The notes below the pieces were generated by a model. The model had not been told where the DNA came from. It did no database searches and worked only from the letters and a program-made list of their open reading frames with translations. This document shows positions 8,166-16,840 of a DNA stretch of 25,312 nucleotides, one piece after another. Position numbers and translations under genes: made by a program. The stretch covers positions 1 to 25,312 of IMG/VR virus record IMGVR_UViG_3300042360_000323; one strand, written 5' to 3'. Source of the DNA: a virus. Its lineage: Duplodnaviria; Caudoviricetes. Position 1 is the stretch's first letter. Each line of letters begins with the position of its first letter.

Positions 8166-8636
8166 ATGGGACGCCGCGGAAAGAAAACGACGCCTATTTC
8201 TCTGAAAATCCTAAAAGGCAATCCCAGCCGGGAAGACCTTAAGAGCATGGCGGCGCGGATGCCGCCGGCGCCTGGCGATTCAAAGGAACCGCCCGCGGAC
8301 CTGATCGGCGTCGCGCTACAAAAATGGCTGGAGTCGGTCCCGATGCTATCGACCATGCGGGTATGGTCGGAGGACGCCGCGACAACCTGGTCGCGGTACT
8401 GCCGGACCTACGCGTTATGGTTGGAATCGCAGACCTACATAGAGAAAAACGGTCAGACATACCAAACCGTTTCCGGGCTCTACAAAGCGCGGCCGGAAAC
8501 GATCCTTTGCCGTGGATACGCGGCGGACCTGTTGCGGATCGAACAGGCTTTCGGCCTGGTCCCGTCCGCGAAATCTTCAGTAACGATTCAAGAACAAACC
8601 GTCGACCCGATGGAAGCATTTTTGCGGGAGGCATGA
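8166..8636 (+). CDS. terS: Terminase small subunit (P27 family)
   Basis: MGRRG...P..LK.L.GNP start; YC..Y..W; FGL.PS.K end motif; precedes terL. Confidence 0.92.
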   Translation: MGRRGKKTTPISLKILKGNPSREDLKSMAARMPPAPGDSKEPPADLIGVALQKWLESVPMLSTMRVWSEDAATTWSRYCRTYALWLESQTYIEKNGQTYQTVSGLYKARPETILCRGYAADLLRIEQAFGLVPSAKSSVTIQEQTVDPMEAFLREA

Positions 8637-10270
8637 TGCCGCGGGTCAAGAAACCTACCACCGGCAAGAGGCCACGGAAGTCCCAGCCGGCTGGCTACGA
8701 TCGCCCGGAATACGTTCCGGGGTTCGTCTTCAACCAGGCGAAGGCGGACCGGGTCATTCGGTTTATCGAAACCTTTTGTATCCACTCCAAAGGACAGTGG
8801 GCCGGCCAGCCGTTCCAGTTGATGGAGTGGCAGAAACGGGACATTCTCGAACCGCTATTCGGATGGGTCGATTCGGAGGGGCGGCGCCGCTACCGGACCG
8901 CTGCGATATTCACTCCGAAAAAACAAGGAAAATCCACGCTACTATCGGCGCTCGCGTTGTATTTTTTGTTCGCTGACGGGGAGCCCGGCGCGGAAGTCTA
9001 TTCGGCGGCGGCCGATCGTTTCCAAGCTGGCATTATCGCGCGGGAATGTTTCGCGCTGGCGAAGTCGTCCCCGTTCCTTTCGAAAAACCTGGAGGTCGTC
9101 GAAAGCCGGAACACGATCGTTCACCGGCAGAGTTTCTCCCGGTACTCAGTCCTGTCCGGCGACAATTTCCGGGCGGAGGGTATCAACGCGAGTGCCATAC
9201 TTTTCGACGAATTGCATGCCCAAAGGGACCGCCGCCTGTTTGACGCTTTAAGGTATGCCGGCGCGGCCCGCCGGCAAAGCCTCCTCGCGAGCATCTCGAC
9301 GGCCGGTTTCGACCGATCCCCGAATGCTATTTGGTGGGATCAATGGCAGTATGCCGAACGGGTCGCGGCCGATCCCGGAGTCGACCCCACGTTTTTCGGG
9401 AAGATATACGCGGCACCCGAACAGGCGGACCCGGAAAAGTATTTCGACCGGAAGCTATGGCGGCAGGCGAACCCGTCGCTAGGGATCACAGTTTCGGAGG
9501 AATCGTTTGCGGCGGATGCCGCGGAGGCCCGCGCGCGGCCGGCCGCCTTAAATTCCTGGCTCCGCTACCGGCTTAACGTCCCCACGCAAAGCGACGTTAG
9601 ATGGTTCTCCCCGGAAGTCTGGGCGGAGGGCGACAAGCCGCACCCGGTCCCCCTGGCCGGCCGCAAGTGCTGGTTGGGGCTCGACCTGGCAAGCACCTAC
9701 GACATAACGGCCCTTGTCGCGCTGTTTCCGTCGGAGGATGGCACGTTCGACGTTGACTGTCGGTTTTTCATCCCCCGGAAGAATGCGGCCGAACGCGAGC
9801 TACGGGACCGGATCCCCTATGCGCAGTGGTTGCGGGAAGGCTGGATTATCGGAACCGACGGGGATATTTGCGATTACGGGGTCGTCCGGGAGCATATCCG
9901 CCAATACGCCGCGGACCACCAGGTTATGGGGTTGGCGGCGGACCGCTGGAACGCGGCGGCGACCATGACGCAAGTTCAAGGGGACGGGATCGAGGTCTAT
10001 GGTTTCTCCCAAGGGTTCGGCAGCATGGCGGCCCCCTCTCGCGTTCTCGAAAATCTTGTGGTCGGTCGGAAGCTACGGCATCGGTCCCCGGTTCTGTCCT
10101 GGATGGCGGCGAATGTTGCCGTCCAGGAAGACGCGAACGGAAATATACGTCCCTCCAAAAAAGCATCGACCGAAAAAATAGACGGAATCGTAGCCCTTTG
10201 TATGGCGATTGGGCTCCATTCCTCGGCGCAGGTCAAGTCGTCGCAGTCCTGGGAACTGATTGAAATATGA
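8633..10270 (+). CDS. terL: Terminase large subunit
   Basis: Walker A PKKQGKST, Walker B ILFDELH, nuclease GLDLAS..D and KIDGIVA; WRQANPSLG; ATGA overlap with terS gives start 8633 or 8636. Confidence 0.97.
   Translation: MMPRVKKPTTGKRPRKSQPAGYDRPEYVPGFVFNQAKADRVIRFIETFCIHSKGQWAGQPFQLMEWQKRDILEPLFGWVDSEGRRRYRTAAIFTPKKQGKSTLLSALALYFLFADGEPGAEVYSAAADRFQAGIIARECFALAKSSPFLSKNLEVVESRNTIVHRQSFSRYSVLSGDNFRAEGINASAILFDELHAQRDRRLFDALRYAGAARRQSLLASISTAGFDRSPNAIWWDQWQYAERVAADPGVDPTFFGKIYAAPEQADPEKYFDRKLWRQANPSLGITVSEESFAADAAEARARPAALNSWLRYRLNVPTQSDVRWFSPEVWAEGDKPHPVPLAGRKCWLGLDLASTYDITALVALFPSEDGTFDVDCRFFIPRKNAAERELRDRIPYAQWLREGWIIGTDGDICDYGVVREHIRQYAADHQVMGLAADRWNAAATMTQVQGDGIEVYGFSQGFGSMAAPSRVLENLVVGRKLRHRSPVLSWMAANVAVQEDANGNIRPSKKASTEKIDGIVALCMAIGLHSSAQVKSSQSWELIEI
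9975..10003 (+). promoter_or_regulatory. Putative late promoter copy 2 (TTCAAG-N17-TATGGT) inside terL
   Basis: TTCAAGGGGACG...TATGGT, same spacing as intergenic copies; about 260 bp upstream of portal. Confidence 0.45.
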
Positions 10271-11736
10271 TCGACCTACTGGACGGATACGACGACGTAA
10301 ACACGTTTCAGCTACGGGAAATCCGATCTGCCTGGGGCGGAACGACGCTGCCGCCTATTAACTGGGGCGACGATTTCGGGGGCCGCGGCCCGGCCGGGGA
10401 TCCCATTTTGGCGCTCCAGGTTTCGGCATTCCTGGCCTGTGTCCGCTGCCTGGCGGAAGGGGTCGCGCAGCTACCCTTCCACCTGTTGCGGGTCAACGCC
10501 GACGGGACGAAGGAACGGGCGACCGATCACTCCCTCTATTCAATCATCCACGACCGGCCGAACCCCTGGCAGTCGTCCTACGAATTCCGGGAAAGCCTGG
10601 TTGCCCACGTTGCAAGCTGGGGCAATGGGTTCGCCCGGAAGGTCTACTCGCCGAATGGGCAAGTGTCGGAGTTGTGGCTAATGCACCCGGCGCACGTTGA
10701 CGTAGTCCGGCTGGAAAATAACGCATTGTCCTACGTCCATCGGGAGCCCGGATTTGAGACGAAGACCTACCGGGACGACCAGGTCATCCACGTTAGGTTT
10801 CTGAGCGATAATGGGTATCTGGGCATGGTCCCGTTGTCGCTGTCGGCCGGCGTCCTGGAATTGGCCCGGTCGATGGACGCCTACGCGCGGAAGTTCTGGC
10901 AAAACGACGCGCGGCCTGGGATCGTGATGGAGTCAAACCAACCGATCCCAAAAGAGGCGGCGGACCAGTTGCGGCAAAACTGGGAAAGAATGCACAGGGG
11001 CGCGAACAACGCCGGGAAAACCGCGATCCTGCCCAACGGAATTACGCTCAAAGAATTGTCGGGCGCGTCGAATGAATCGGCCCAACTGATCGAATTCCGG
11101 GTTTTCCTTGTGCAGGAAATCGCCAGGGCGATGCGCGTTCCCTGTTCAATGATCGGGGAAAACAGCCGGTCCACGTTTTCGAATGCCGAACAGGAACAGC
11201 TATCGTTCCTGCAAAATACGCTCGTCTCTTGGTGCCGGCGGGTTGAGTCGGCTTTCGGGCGTTCCCTGTTGGCTGGGATGCCTGGCTATTCGGTTTCGCT
11301 AGACGTTCGCGGAATGCTCCGCGGCGATTCGGCGGCCCGGTCGGCCTATTACGGTTCGCTCGCGGCGCTCGGAAGCCTGAGCCCGAACGATATTCGACGG
11401 TTGGAAGATATGCCGCCGATCCCGTCGGCCGGCGCGGATCAATACTACCTCCCGGCGAATAACCTATCCCCGCTGTCGGCAATCGCCGGGGAGGCCGGCA
11501 AGCCGGACGCGGGCACCTCGGCGGCCGTGCTGTCGATTCTCCAGGCGGTTGCGGCCGGCACGATCACGGCGGCGTCGGCGGAGGCGCTCATCCTGGCGAC
11601 GTTCCCGGAACTGCCGGCGTCAAGCGTTCGGGCGATGGTCGAGGGCGCGGAGCCTGCGGCGGAGGAATCAACGGAGCCGGTCGCGGTCGAGCCGGCGAAC
11701 GAAACGGAAGACACGGGGGAAGACAATGGAAATTGA
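10267..11736 (+). CDS. Portal protein, HK97 family
   Basis: AC...LA..VA.LP, PNPWQS..EF, GNGFA, IHVR, GKTAIL..G, EIAR..RVP, STFSNAEQ, LRGD...R, SPNDIR..E.MPP motifs. Confidence 0.97.
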   Translation: MIDLLDGYDDVNTFQLREIRSAWGGTTLPPINWGDDFGGRGPAGDPILALQVSAFLACVRCLAEGVAQLPFHLLRVNADGTKERATDHSLYSIIHDRPNPWQSSYEFRESLVAHVASWGNGFARKVYSPNGQVSELWLMHPAHVDVVRLENNALSYVHREPGFETKTYRDDQVIHVRFLSDNGYLGMVPLSLSAGVLELARSMDAYARKFWQNDARPGIVMESNQPIPKEAADQLRQNWERMHRGANNAGKTAILPNGITLKELSGASNESAQLIEFRVFLVQEIARAMRVPCSMIGENSRSTFSNAEQEQLSFLQNTLVSWCRRVESAFGRSLLAGMPGYSVSLDVRGMLRGDSAARSAYYGSLAALGSLSPNDIRRLEDMPPIPSAGADQYYLPANNLSPLSAIAGEAGKPDAGTSAAVLSILQAVAAGTITAASAEALILATFPELPASSVRAMVEGAEPAAEESTEPVAVEPANETEDTGEDNGN

Positions 11737-12424
11737 ACGGCGAGCGGTAACGCTGGCGGACGTTCCGGAGGCGGTTTGCCTGGAGGAACGCGGGGACGGG
11801 CGAATGGTTTTCCGCGGCCTGGCTGCGGTGTTTAACTCGCTGTCGCAGGATCTCGGAGGGTTCCGGGAAGTCCTGTTGCCTGGCGCTTTCGATGCCGTCC
11901 TATCCCGCCGGCAGGATAGCCCCGGCCGGCCGTCGGCTGCGGCGAAGCGGGCAGGCGACTGTATCGCATGCTGGAACCATGACCCCGGCGCGCTCTTGGG
12001 GCGAACGTCATCCGGAACACTCAGACTTTCGGCCGATGCCGTTGGGCTCCGGTTCGAAATCGACCCGCCCGATACCCAACTAGCGCGGGATCTGGTTTCG
12101 TTGACCAGGCGAAACGACGTTTTCGGGGCGTCGTTCGCGTTCACGGTCGACCCGGCAGATGAAAGCTACGAACAGACGGACGCCGGCGCGTTGCGGACGA
12201 TACGGGCGGTTTCGGGATTATTCGATATTTCATTGGTAACGAACCCGGCCTACATGGGCACGGTCGCCAGCGTCCGTAGCTACGAAGCCTGGCGGGCGGC
12301 TGCGGCCCCGGCGGCCCCGGAAGCGGTCGTCGATCTACGCGCGGCCTGGCGGAACATCCGGGCGCGGGCGATTGCGGCACGGGCCGCGGCGGAGGTTTCC
12401 CGTTCCCTCTTGCGGAAGGGATAA
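11726..12424 (+). CDS. Prohead maturation protease, HK97 family
   Basis: G.AAVFNS.S.DLGGFRE...PGAF, WNHD...LGR..SGTL.L..D..GL, SFAF, L.DISLVT.PAY; start MEIERR at 11726. Confidence 0.95.
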   Translation: MEIERRAVTLADVPEAVCLEERGDGRMVFRGLAAVFNSLSQDLGGFREVLLPGAFDAVLSRRQDSPGRPSAAAKRAGDCIACWNHDPGALLGRTSSGTLRLSADAVGLRFEIDPPDTQLARDLVSLTRRNDVFGASFAFTVDPADESYEQTDAGALRTIRAVSGLFDISLVTNPAYMGTVASVRSYEAWRAAAAPAAPEAVVDLRAAWRNIRARAIAARAAAEVSRSLLRKG

Positions 12425-12426
12425 GC

Positions 12427-12687
12427 GTGGAAATGTTTTCGACGCAAAACATGATTCTGGCGGTCGGGCTGTTGCTCCTGTTGTCGCCGGTCGTTTCTGG
12501 CGCGGTAACGGCGTGGATAACTTCCGTTGCGGGGCGGTTCTCTGAGCGACGCGATTTTGAGAAACGGACGGTGGCGGAAATTCTTGACCTACGCGAACGG
12601 TGCGCAAAACACGGCTTAACGAAGGCGGAGCGCATTTGCCGCGAACTACTTCTGGCGGTGGTGTATGGCGACCGAAACGAAGTTTAA
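12427..12687 (+). CDS. Small membrane protein (possible holin-like)
   Basis: N-terminal hydrophobic segment ILAVGLLLLLSPVVSGAVTAWI and charged helical C-terminus; function not assignable. Confidence 0.65.
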   Translation: MEMFSTQNMILAVGLLLLLSPVVSGAVTAWITSVAGRFSERRDFEKRTVAEILDLRERCAKHGLTKAERICRELLLAVVYGDRNEV

Positions 12688-13168
12688 TTGCGTCGCGGCG
12701 TTTGGGGCGGCGATGCTAGCGCTATGGGTGGCGGGTATCGTTCCAACCGCGAAGGCGGCCCCGGTGGTCCCGCCGGCTCCGCCGGTCCGGAAGTTGGCGG
12801 CGGTCGTCGATTCTCCGCGGCCGATGCCGGCGCCGATGGGCTCATCTTCCGAAATGCGGGTCGTAGACCTGGTTAACGGCGAGCGGTCACGGCGCGGCCT
12901 GGCTCCGCTGTCCCCGTCGCCTAATTTGATGAATGTTTCCCGCAGTTGGAGCAACACCCAGGCGAACCGCGGGCGTATGTACCACTCGAAAAATGGCTAT
13001 ATGGAGAACGTCGCATACGGGCAGGATTCTCCGGAGTCGGTAATGAATGCGTGGATGAATTCCCGCGGGCACCGGGCGAACATTTTAAGTTCAAGGGCGA
13101 CCACTATCGGGGTAGGTTGCGCCCGTTCGTCGAACGGTCGTCTGTACTGGACGCAGTGTTTCCAATAG
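12665..13168 (+). CDS. Exported CAP/SCP-domain protein (YkwD-like)
   Basis: Signal peptide ending AKA; LVN.ER...GL.PL, HS, ENVA.GQ.SPE.V..AWMNS.GHRANIL, IGVG, YWTQ.F. Confidence 0.92.
   Translation: MATETKFNCVAAFGAAMLALWVAGIVPTAKAAPVVPPAPPVRKLAAVVDSPRPMPAPMGSSSEMRVVDLVNGERSRRGLAPLSPSPNLMNVSRSWSNTQANRGRMYHSKNGYMENVAYGQDSPESVMNAWMNSRGHRANILSSRATTIGVGCARSSNGRLYWTQCFQ
13090..13118 (+). promoter_or_regulatory. Putative late promoter copy 3 (TTCAAG-N17-TAGGTT) inside CAP gene
   Basis: TTCAAGGG with TANNNT at the same spacing; about 70 bp upstream of ATG 13186. Confidence 0.45.
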
Positions 13169-13185
13169 CCTCGGGAGCCCCCGCA

Positions 13186-13857
13186 ATGAAAAACCTTTGT
13201 CTGTCTTGCGTCGTGTTTGTTTTCGTCCTGGTTGGTATGGCGCAGGGCGGCGGCTACGGTTCGGCAGGCGGCGCCCCGCGTTCAACGGCCGGCGGCTACG
13301 GGTCTGCCGGTGGCTCGACCCGGTCTTACGGCGCCCCGGCGGCTCCGCGTTCGTCGGGCTGTCACGGCGGCGGCCCGCGTTCGGTCGACACGTTCGGCGG
13401 CCCCGCCGCCGGAGACTCGCGCAGCGTCGTTGAGGTTCCCCCGGCTCAGGTTTCGGCCCCTGCCCCCGTCGCGGCCCCGGCCCCGGTGGCGGCCCCGGCC
13501 CCGCGAACGGTAGAGGCTCCGCCGGTCGCGGTCGAAATTCCTCTGGTGGCCCGGATCGTCCTGCGCGAAATCGTCGAAGTCGATAGCCCGGAAGTCGTCA
13601 TGGCCCCGGCTCCGGCCGGCGGCTGCGAGAGCGGGCAGTGTGAAGCGCCGGTCGGTAGCGGCGGAGTCGGTCCCGACGGCCGGCCCCATCGGCTCGTCAC
13701 GCAATACCGCGACGCCCGTAAGGAAATGCACGAAAGCCACAAGGCGGCGAGGCTGGCGCACAAGGCATACCGACACGCGCGGCAAGCCGACGAAGAAACG
13801 ACGAACCGAACGGCGATCGAGGCGGCCAGTAACGCATATCGAGCCGTGAAACAGTAA
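13186..13857 (+). CDS. Exported low-complexity protein (223 aa)
   Basis: GGAG RBS; signal peptide MKNLCLSCVVFVFVLVGMAQG; GGYGSAGG x2, APAPVA repeats, CESGQC, basic C-terminal helix. Confidence 0.75.
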   Translation: MKNLCLSCVVFVFVLVGMAQGGGYGSAGGAPRSTAGGYGSAGGSTRSYGAPAAPRSSGCHGGGPRSVDTFGGPAAGDSRSVVEVPPAQVSAPAPVAAPAPVAAPAPRTVEAPPVAVEIPLVARIVLREIVEVDSPEVVMAPAPAGGCESGQCEAPVGSGGVGPDGRPHRLVTQYRDARKEMHESHKAARLAHKAYRHARQADEETTNRTAIEAASNAYRAVKQ

Positions 13858-13870
13858 CCCGCTGCCGATC

Positions 13871-14638
13871 ATGGAACGGGGGCCGGTCGTGCGCTATCTG
13901 CCCCTGTTCCTGTTCGGCGTTTTGATTCTCGCGGAGAGCCGGCCGGGGCGGTCGCTTGTGGGGACGGTGTTACCATCGCTCCCGTCCCCCCGCGGCCGCC
14001 CCTTGCCGGTTTCCCCGCCCCCGGCCTGCACGGCAGAGCCGGAGCTAGTTTTTCTGAGCGGCGTATGTCCGCCCGTCCGCCAGCCGGTTCGGATGCAGTG
14101 CGAAATCCTTACCGATCTCGCCTCCCGGCTAAAAGACCCGTCCTATTGGGCGGACCCGACGGACCCGGGCGACCTTGTCACCCACGCGCACGAAATGTGT
14201 CACGGCGTCAGTAACAGGCTGCACGCCAGCACCCTAAAGCACGGCATCTACTTAGGGGACGGCATGGGCATCATCCTGCCCCATCCCCGCGTAACGATTA
14301 CGCAAGTGGCGGCCCGGATTCCGGAGCATCAGCGCGGCAAGGTCTACGATCTCTACATGAGGCAACAAGCCCGCGAATGGGATAGGTCGCCCATCTACAT
14401 ACTGGACGAGGCCGTCGCGTATTACGCCGGATGCGTCGCGCACCGGCAGTTGGGCTACGGAAAGCACCGGAGCGAGACGTTCGATTTCGCCAAGGAACTG
14501 CAAATCTATTCGGAGGTTTTCGTGGAAACCGTCCGAAAGCTTGACCCCGGTTACAAGGAAATGGTAACGCTAGATGCGTTCGTTCGATGGCAGGGCGAAC
14601 GCCTGGCAGCACTAGGGGAGCCCGATCGTGGTCGTTGA
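13871..14638 (+). CDS. Membrane-anchored/exported putative zinc metallopeptidase-like protein
   Basis: N-terminal hydrophobic segment, Pro-rich linker, HEMCH (HExxH) and distal DEAVAY as candidate third ligand. Confidence 0.6.
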   Translation: MERGPVVRYLPLFLFGVLILAESRPGRSLVGTVLPSLPSPRGRPLPVSPPPACTAEPELVFLSGVCPPVRQPVRMQCEILTDLASRLKDPSYWADPTDPGDLVTHAHEMCHGVSNRLHASTLKHGIYLGDGMGIILPHPRVTITQVAARIPEHQRGKVYDLYMRQQAREWDRSPIYILDEAVAYYAGCVAHRQLGYGKHRSETFDFAKELQIYSEVFVETVRKLDPGYKEMVTLDAFVRWQGERLAALGEPDRGR

Positions 14639-15317
14639 ACATCCCGTTTTGGTTGCAAAGCGAGCATACGACCGCGAAAAAGCGGCGCGGTGGCGAAAGG
14701 CCAATCCGGAAAGGTATGCCAAGCAAAGGGTCAAGGATGAAAAAGCCTTTCGGCTCAAGCATCCTGACAAGATGAAGGCGAAGCGTAAAAAATATTACGC
14801 GAAGCACAAAGAGCAATTCAACGAAAGCTCTAACGCAAGATATGCCCGAACGAAAGACGCTGTTTGCGAGAAACAGAAAGAGTACCGGGAGAATAACCGG
14901 GCCGCGATCCTGGAACGGATAAGGCGGTACCGTCGAAGCAAGCGGGCGGACCCTCTATTTCGTTTACAGAACATCCTTCGCAGTCGGCTCAACGGCGTGT
15001 TGCGAGAGCGCAGGAAAGTAGGGTCTGCGGTTCGTGATCTCGGATGCTCTGTGGACGATCTGCGCGCAATGCTAGAGGCACAGTGGCGTCCAGGCTGGTC
15101 GTGGGAGAACTACGGGACTGATTGGCAAATCGACCACTATTTCCCTATGGCTTGTGCAAACCTTGAAGACCGTGCCGAACTACTCGCGGTCGTCAATTAC
15201 CGCAATCTCCGGGCTCTATCCCGGCAGGAAAACGCCGACAAGAGCGATTCTGTCTGCGCGATAGCCCAGCACCTATTCAACGGGCTGGTGCGGGAGTTCC
15301 GGGCGGCGGCCGAATAG
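14628..15317 (+). CDS. HNH-type homing endonuclease-like protein
   Basis: Long basic helical repeats then LGCS...L...LE.Q...G.SWENYG..W.IDH..P...NY.NL..L...EN..K.D; GGGGAG RBS before GTG. Confidence 0.8.
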   Translation: MVVEHPVLVAKRAYDREKAARWRKANPERYAKQRVKDEKAFRLKHPDKMKAKRKKYYAKHKEQFNESSNARYARTKDAVCEKQKEYRENNRAAILERIRRYRRSKRADPLFRLQNILRSRLNGVLRERRKVGSAVRDLGCSVDDLRAMLEAQWRPGWSWENYGTDWQIDHYFPMACANLEDRAELLAVVNYRNLRALSRQENADKSDSVCAIAQHLFNGLVREFRAAAE

Positions 15318-15331
15318 CCGCGGCCCGATGA

Positions 15332-15360
15332 TTCAAGGGGAACGCGGAGACGTTTACCTT
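15332..15360 (+). promoter_or_regulatory. Putative late promoter copy 4 (TTCAAG-N17-TACCTT) for the capsid gene
   Basis: Intergenic, 61 bp before capsid ATG; near-identical to 2181-2209. Confidence 0.7.
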
Positions 15361-15421
15361 TCTTGGCATTCCGGGCAAGTGTGTTTCCCGGTAACTCTTA
15401 ACCGTAAGGGAACCGCCCGCA

Positions 15422-16762
15422 ATGAATGCCACTCAGACGAAGTTGGTCGAAGACCTGGACGCAAAGATCGTTGAACTGGACGCAATCACCGCAATGGAGC
15501 CGGCCGACGCGTCGGATGAATCTGTTCGCGGAGTCACGGTCGACAAGCTGACCGCTGAGATTGATTCCCTCCGGTCCCGTCTCTCGGTAGAGAATAAGGC
15601 CGCCGATGCGCGTTCGAAGGCTGCGGCCGTTCGGTCTGCCGTCACGACTGCCGGCGTCGTCGTCCCTGCCCCTGCCCCGGTCGCTGTCCGGCGGGCAATG
15701 CCTACGCTCGGACGGATCCAGGGTTTCGACAACGCGGAAGAGGCCGCGGCGGCCGGTCGGTTCCTACGGGCTCTGGCTCGCGGTGAACTGCGCGGCGATT
15801 TCACGACGCCGACGGAAGAGCCGAACGCAATGGGCGAATTTTCGCCCACCTACGACGGCCGCGGCTCTGAGCTTGTCACCTATGACATTTACCGGGGAAT
15901 TCTGAATCTCCTGTCCTATTCGTCCGTCGCTACTCAGGTCTGTGCTACCTACGCGGTGAATGGTCCCGGAATGTATCTTCCCGTCGCGGAGATGATGCAA
16001 GAGGCGGAGTTCTACCTCGAAAACTGCGAAATCAAGCCCGTGACGTTTGGGGGCGGAACGCGGGCGGCGCTCGATCTCAAGAAAATCGGCGCGCGGGCGC
16101 AGGTTTCGAATGAGTTGATGGAAGACGCGTTTGTTAGCGTCGCGCAGTTGGTGGCAAGTCAGTTTGCCTACGCGTTCGCCCGGAAGATCGACAAGACCTG
16201 GCTCCAGGGCGATACCGTTGCCGGCATTCCTGGCGGCGGCCTCTGCGGCATGATTCCGGCTTCGAATATCGTAGCCTCGACGGGCGCTCTGTCGCCGGAG
16301 ATTCTCGCGCAGGTCGTTTCTTGCGTGAATCCGAATGCCCGTAACCGTGCGTGGGTCGTTTCCCCGGCCGGCTGGGGTCAGATCATGGCCGTTGCGGCTG
16401 GGGCGATCGGCGCGAGCATCGGAGACGCGGTTCGTCCGGTCGTCTACGGTGCGCCGGTCTATCAGTCGCAAGACTTGCCAGCCGACACGCTTGCGGTCTA
16501 CGGCGATTTCGGTTCGTCGTGTGCGATTGGCTACAAGCCTGCCGGGCTCCAGATTCGGGCTTCGACTGAGCGGGCGATTGAGTACGACGAAACGGTTTTC
16601 GTCGGAACTGCCCGGTATGCCTGGTCGGTCCACTCGCCTAGCTACTGCGCGAAACTAACCGGCGTAGCGACCCCCTCGGCTCCGTCTACGGTTTCGAGCG
16701 ACGTTCCATCTTCGAAGTCGGCCCCCACTACCTCGACCACTTCCACGAAGTCGACGAAGTAA
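15422..16762 (+). CDS. Major capsid protein, HK97 fold, with N-terminal scaffold (delta) domain
   Basis: Coiled-coil N-terminus; KKIGA...VSNELMED, A..FA.KID...L.G, VYG.PV, YGDF motifs; followed by terminator and connector genes. Confidence 0.93.
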   Translation: MNATQTKLVEDLDAKIVELDAITAMEPADASDESVRGVTVDKLTAEIDSLRSRLSVENKAADARSKAAAVRSAVTTAGVVVPAPAPVAVRRAMPTLGRIQGFDNAEEAAAAGRFLRALARGELRGDFTTPTEEPNAMGEFSPTYDGRGSELVTYDIYRGILNLLSYSSVATQVCATYAVNGPGMYLPVAEMMQEAEFYLENCEIKPVTFGGGTRAALDLKKIGARAQVSNELMEDAFVSVAQLVASQFAYAFARKIDKTWLQGDTVAGIPGGGLCGMIPASNIVASTGALSPEILAQVVSCVNPNARNRAWVVSPAGWGQIMAVAAGAIGASIGDAVRPVVYGAPVYQSQDLPADTLAVYGDFGSSCAIGYKPAGLQIRASTERAIEYDETVFVGTARYAWSVHSPSYCAKLTGVATPSAPSTVSSDVPSSKSAPTTSTTSTKSTK

Positions 16763-16782
16763 GTCGGGCGCGTTGATTCATG

Positions 16783-16824
16783 GCCCCCGGCGCCGGATGG
16801 ATTCGGCGCCGGGGGTTTTCTTTC
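16783..16824 (+). terminator. Rho-independent terminator after capsid gene
   Basis: CCCCCGGCGCCGGA-TGGA-TTCGGCGCCGGGGG stem-loop followed by TTTTCTTTC. Confidence 0.88.
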
Positions 16825-16840
16825 CTGGGAGGGTCTGGCT

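Noticed and set aside
8324-8632. N-terminal extension of terL from 8324
   Set aside because: Overlaps terS out of frame; ATGA coupling at 8633 is the usual arrangement
11549-11725. Arg-rich N-terminal extensions of protease (and of 12946 and 1632 ORFs)
   Set aside because: Out-of-frame overlap with upstream genes; downstream ATGs give family-typical starts
16650-16790. Frameshift-extended capsid protein
   Set aside because: No convincing slippery heptamer, and a strong terminator follows the stop
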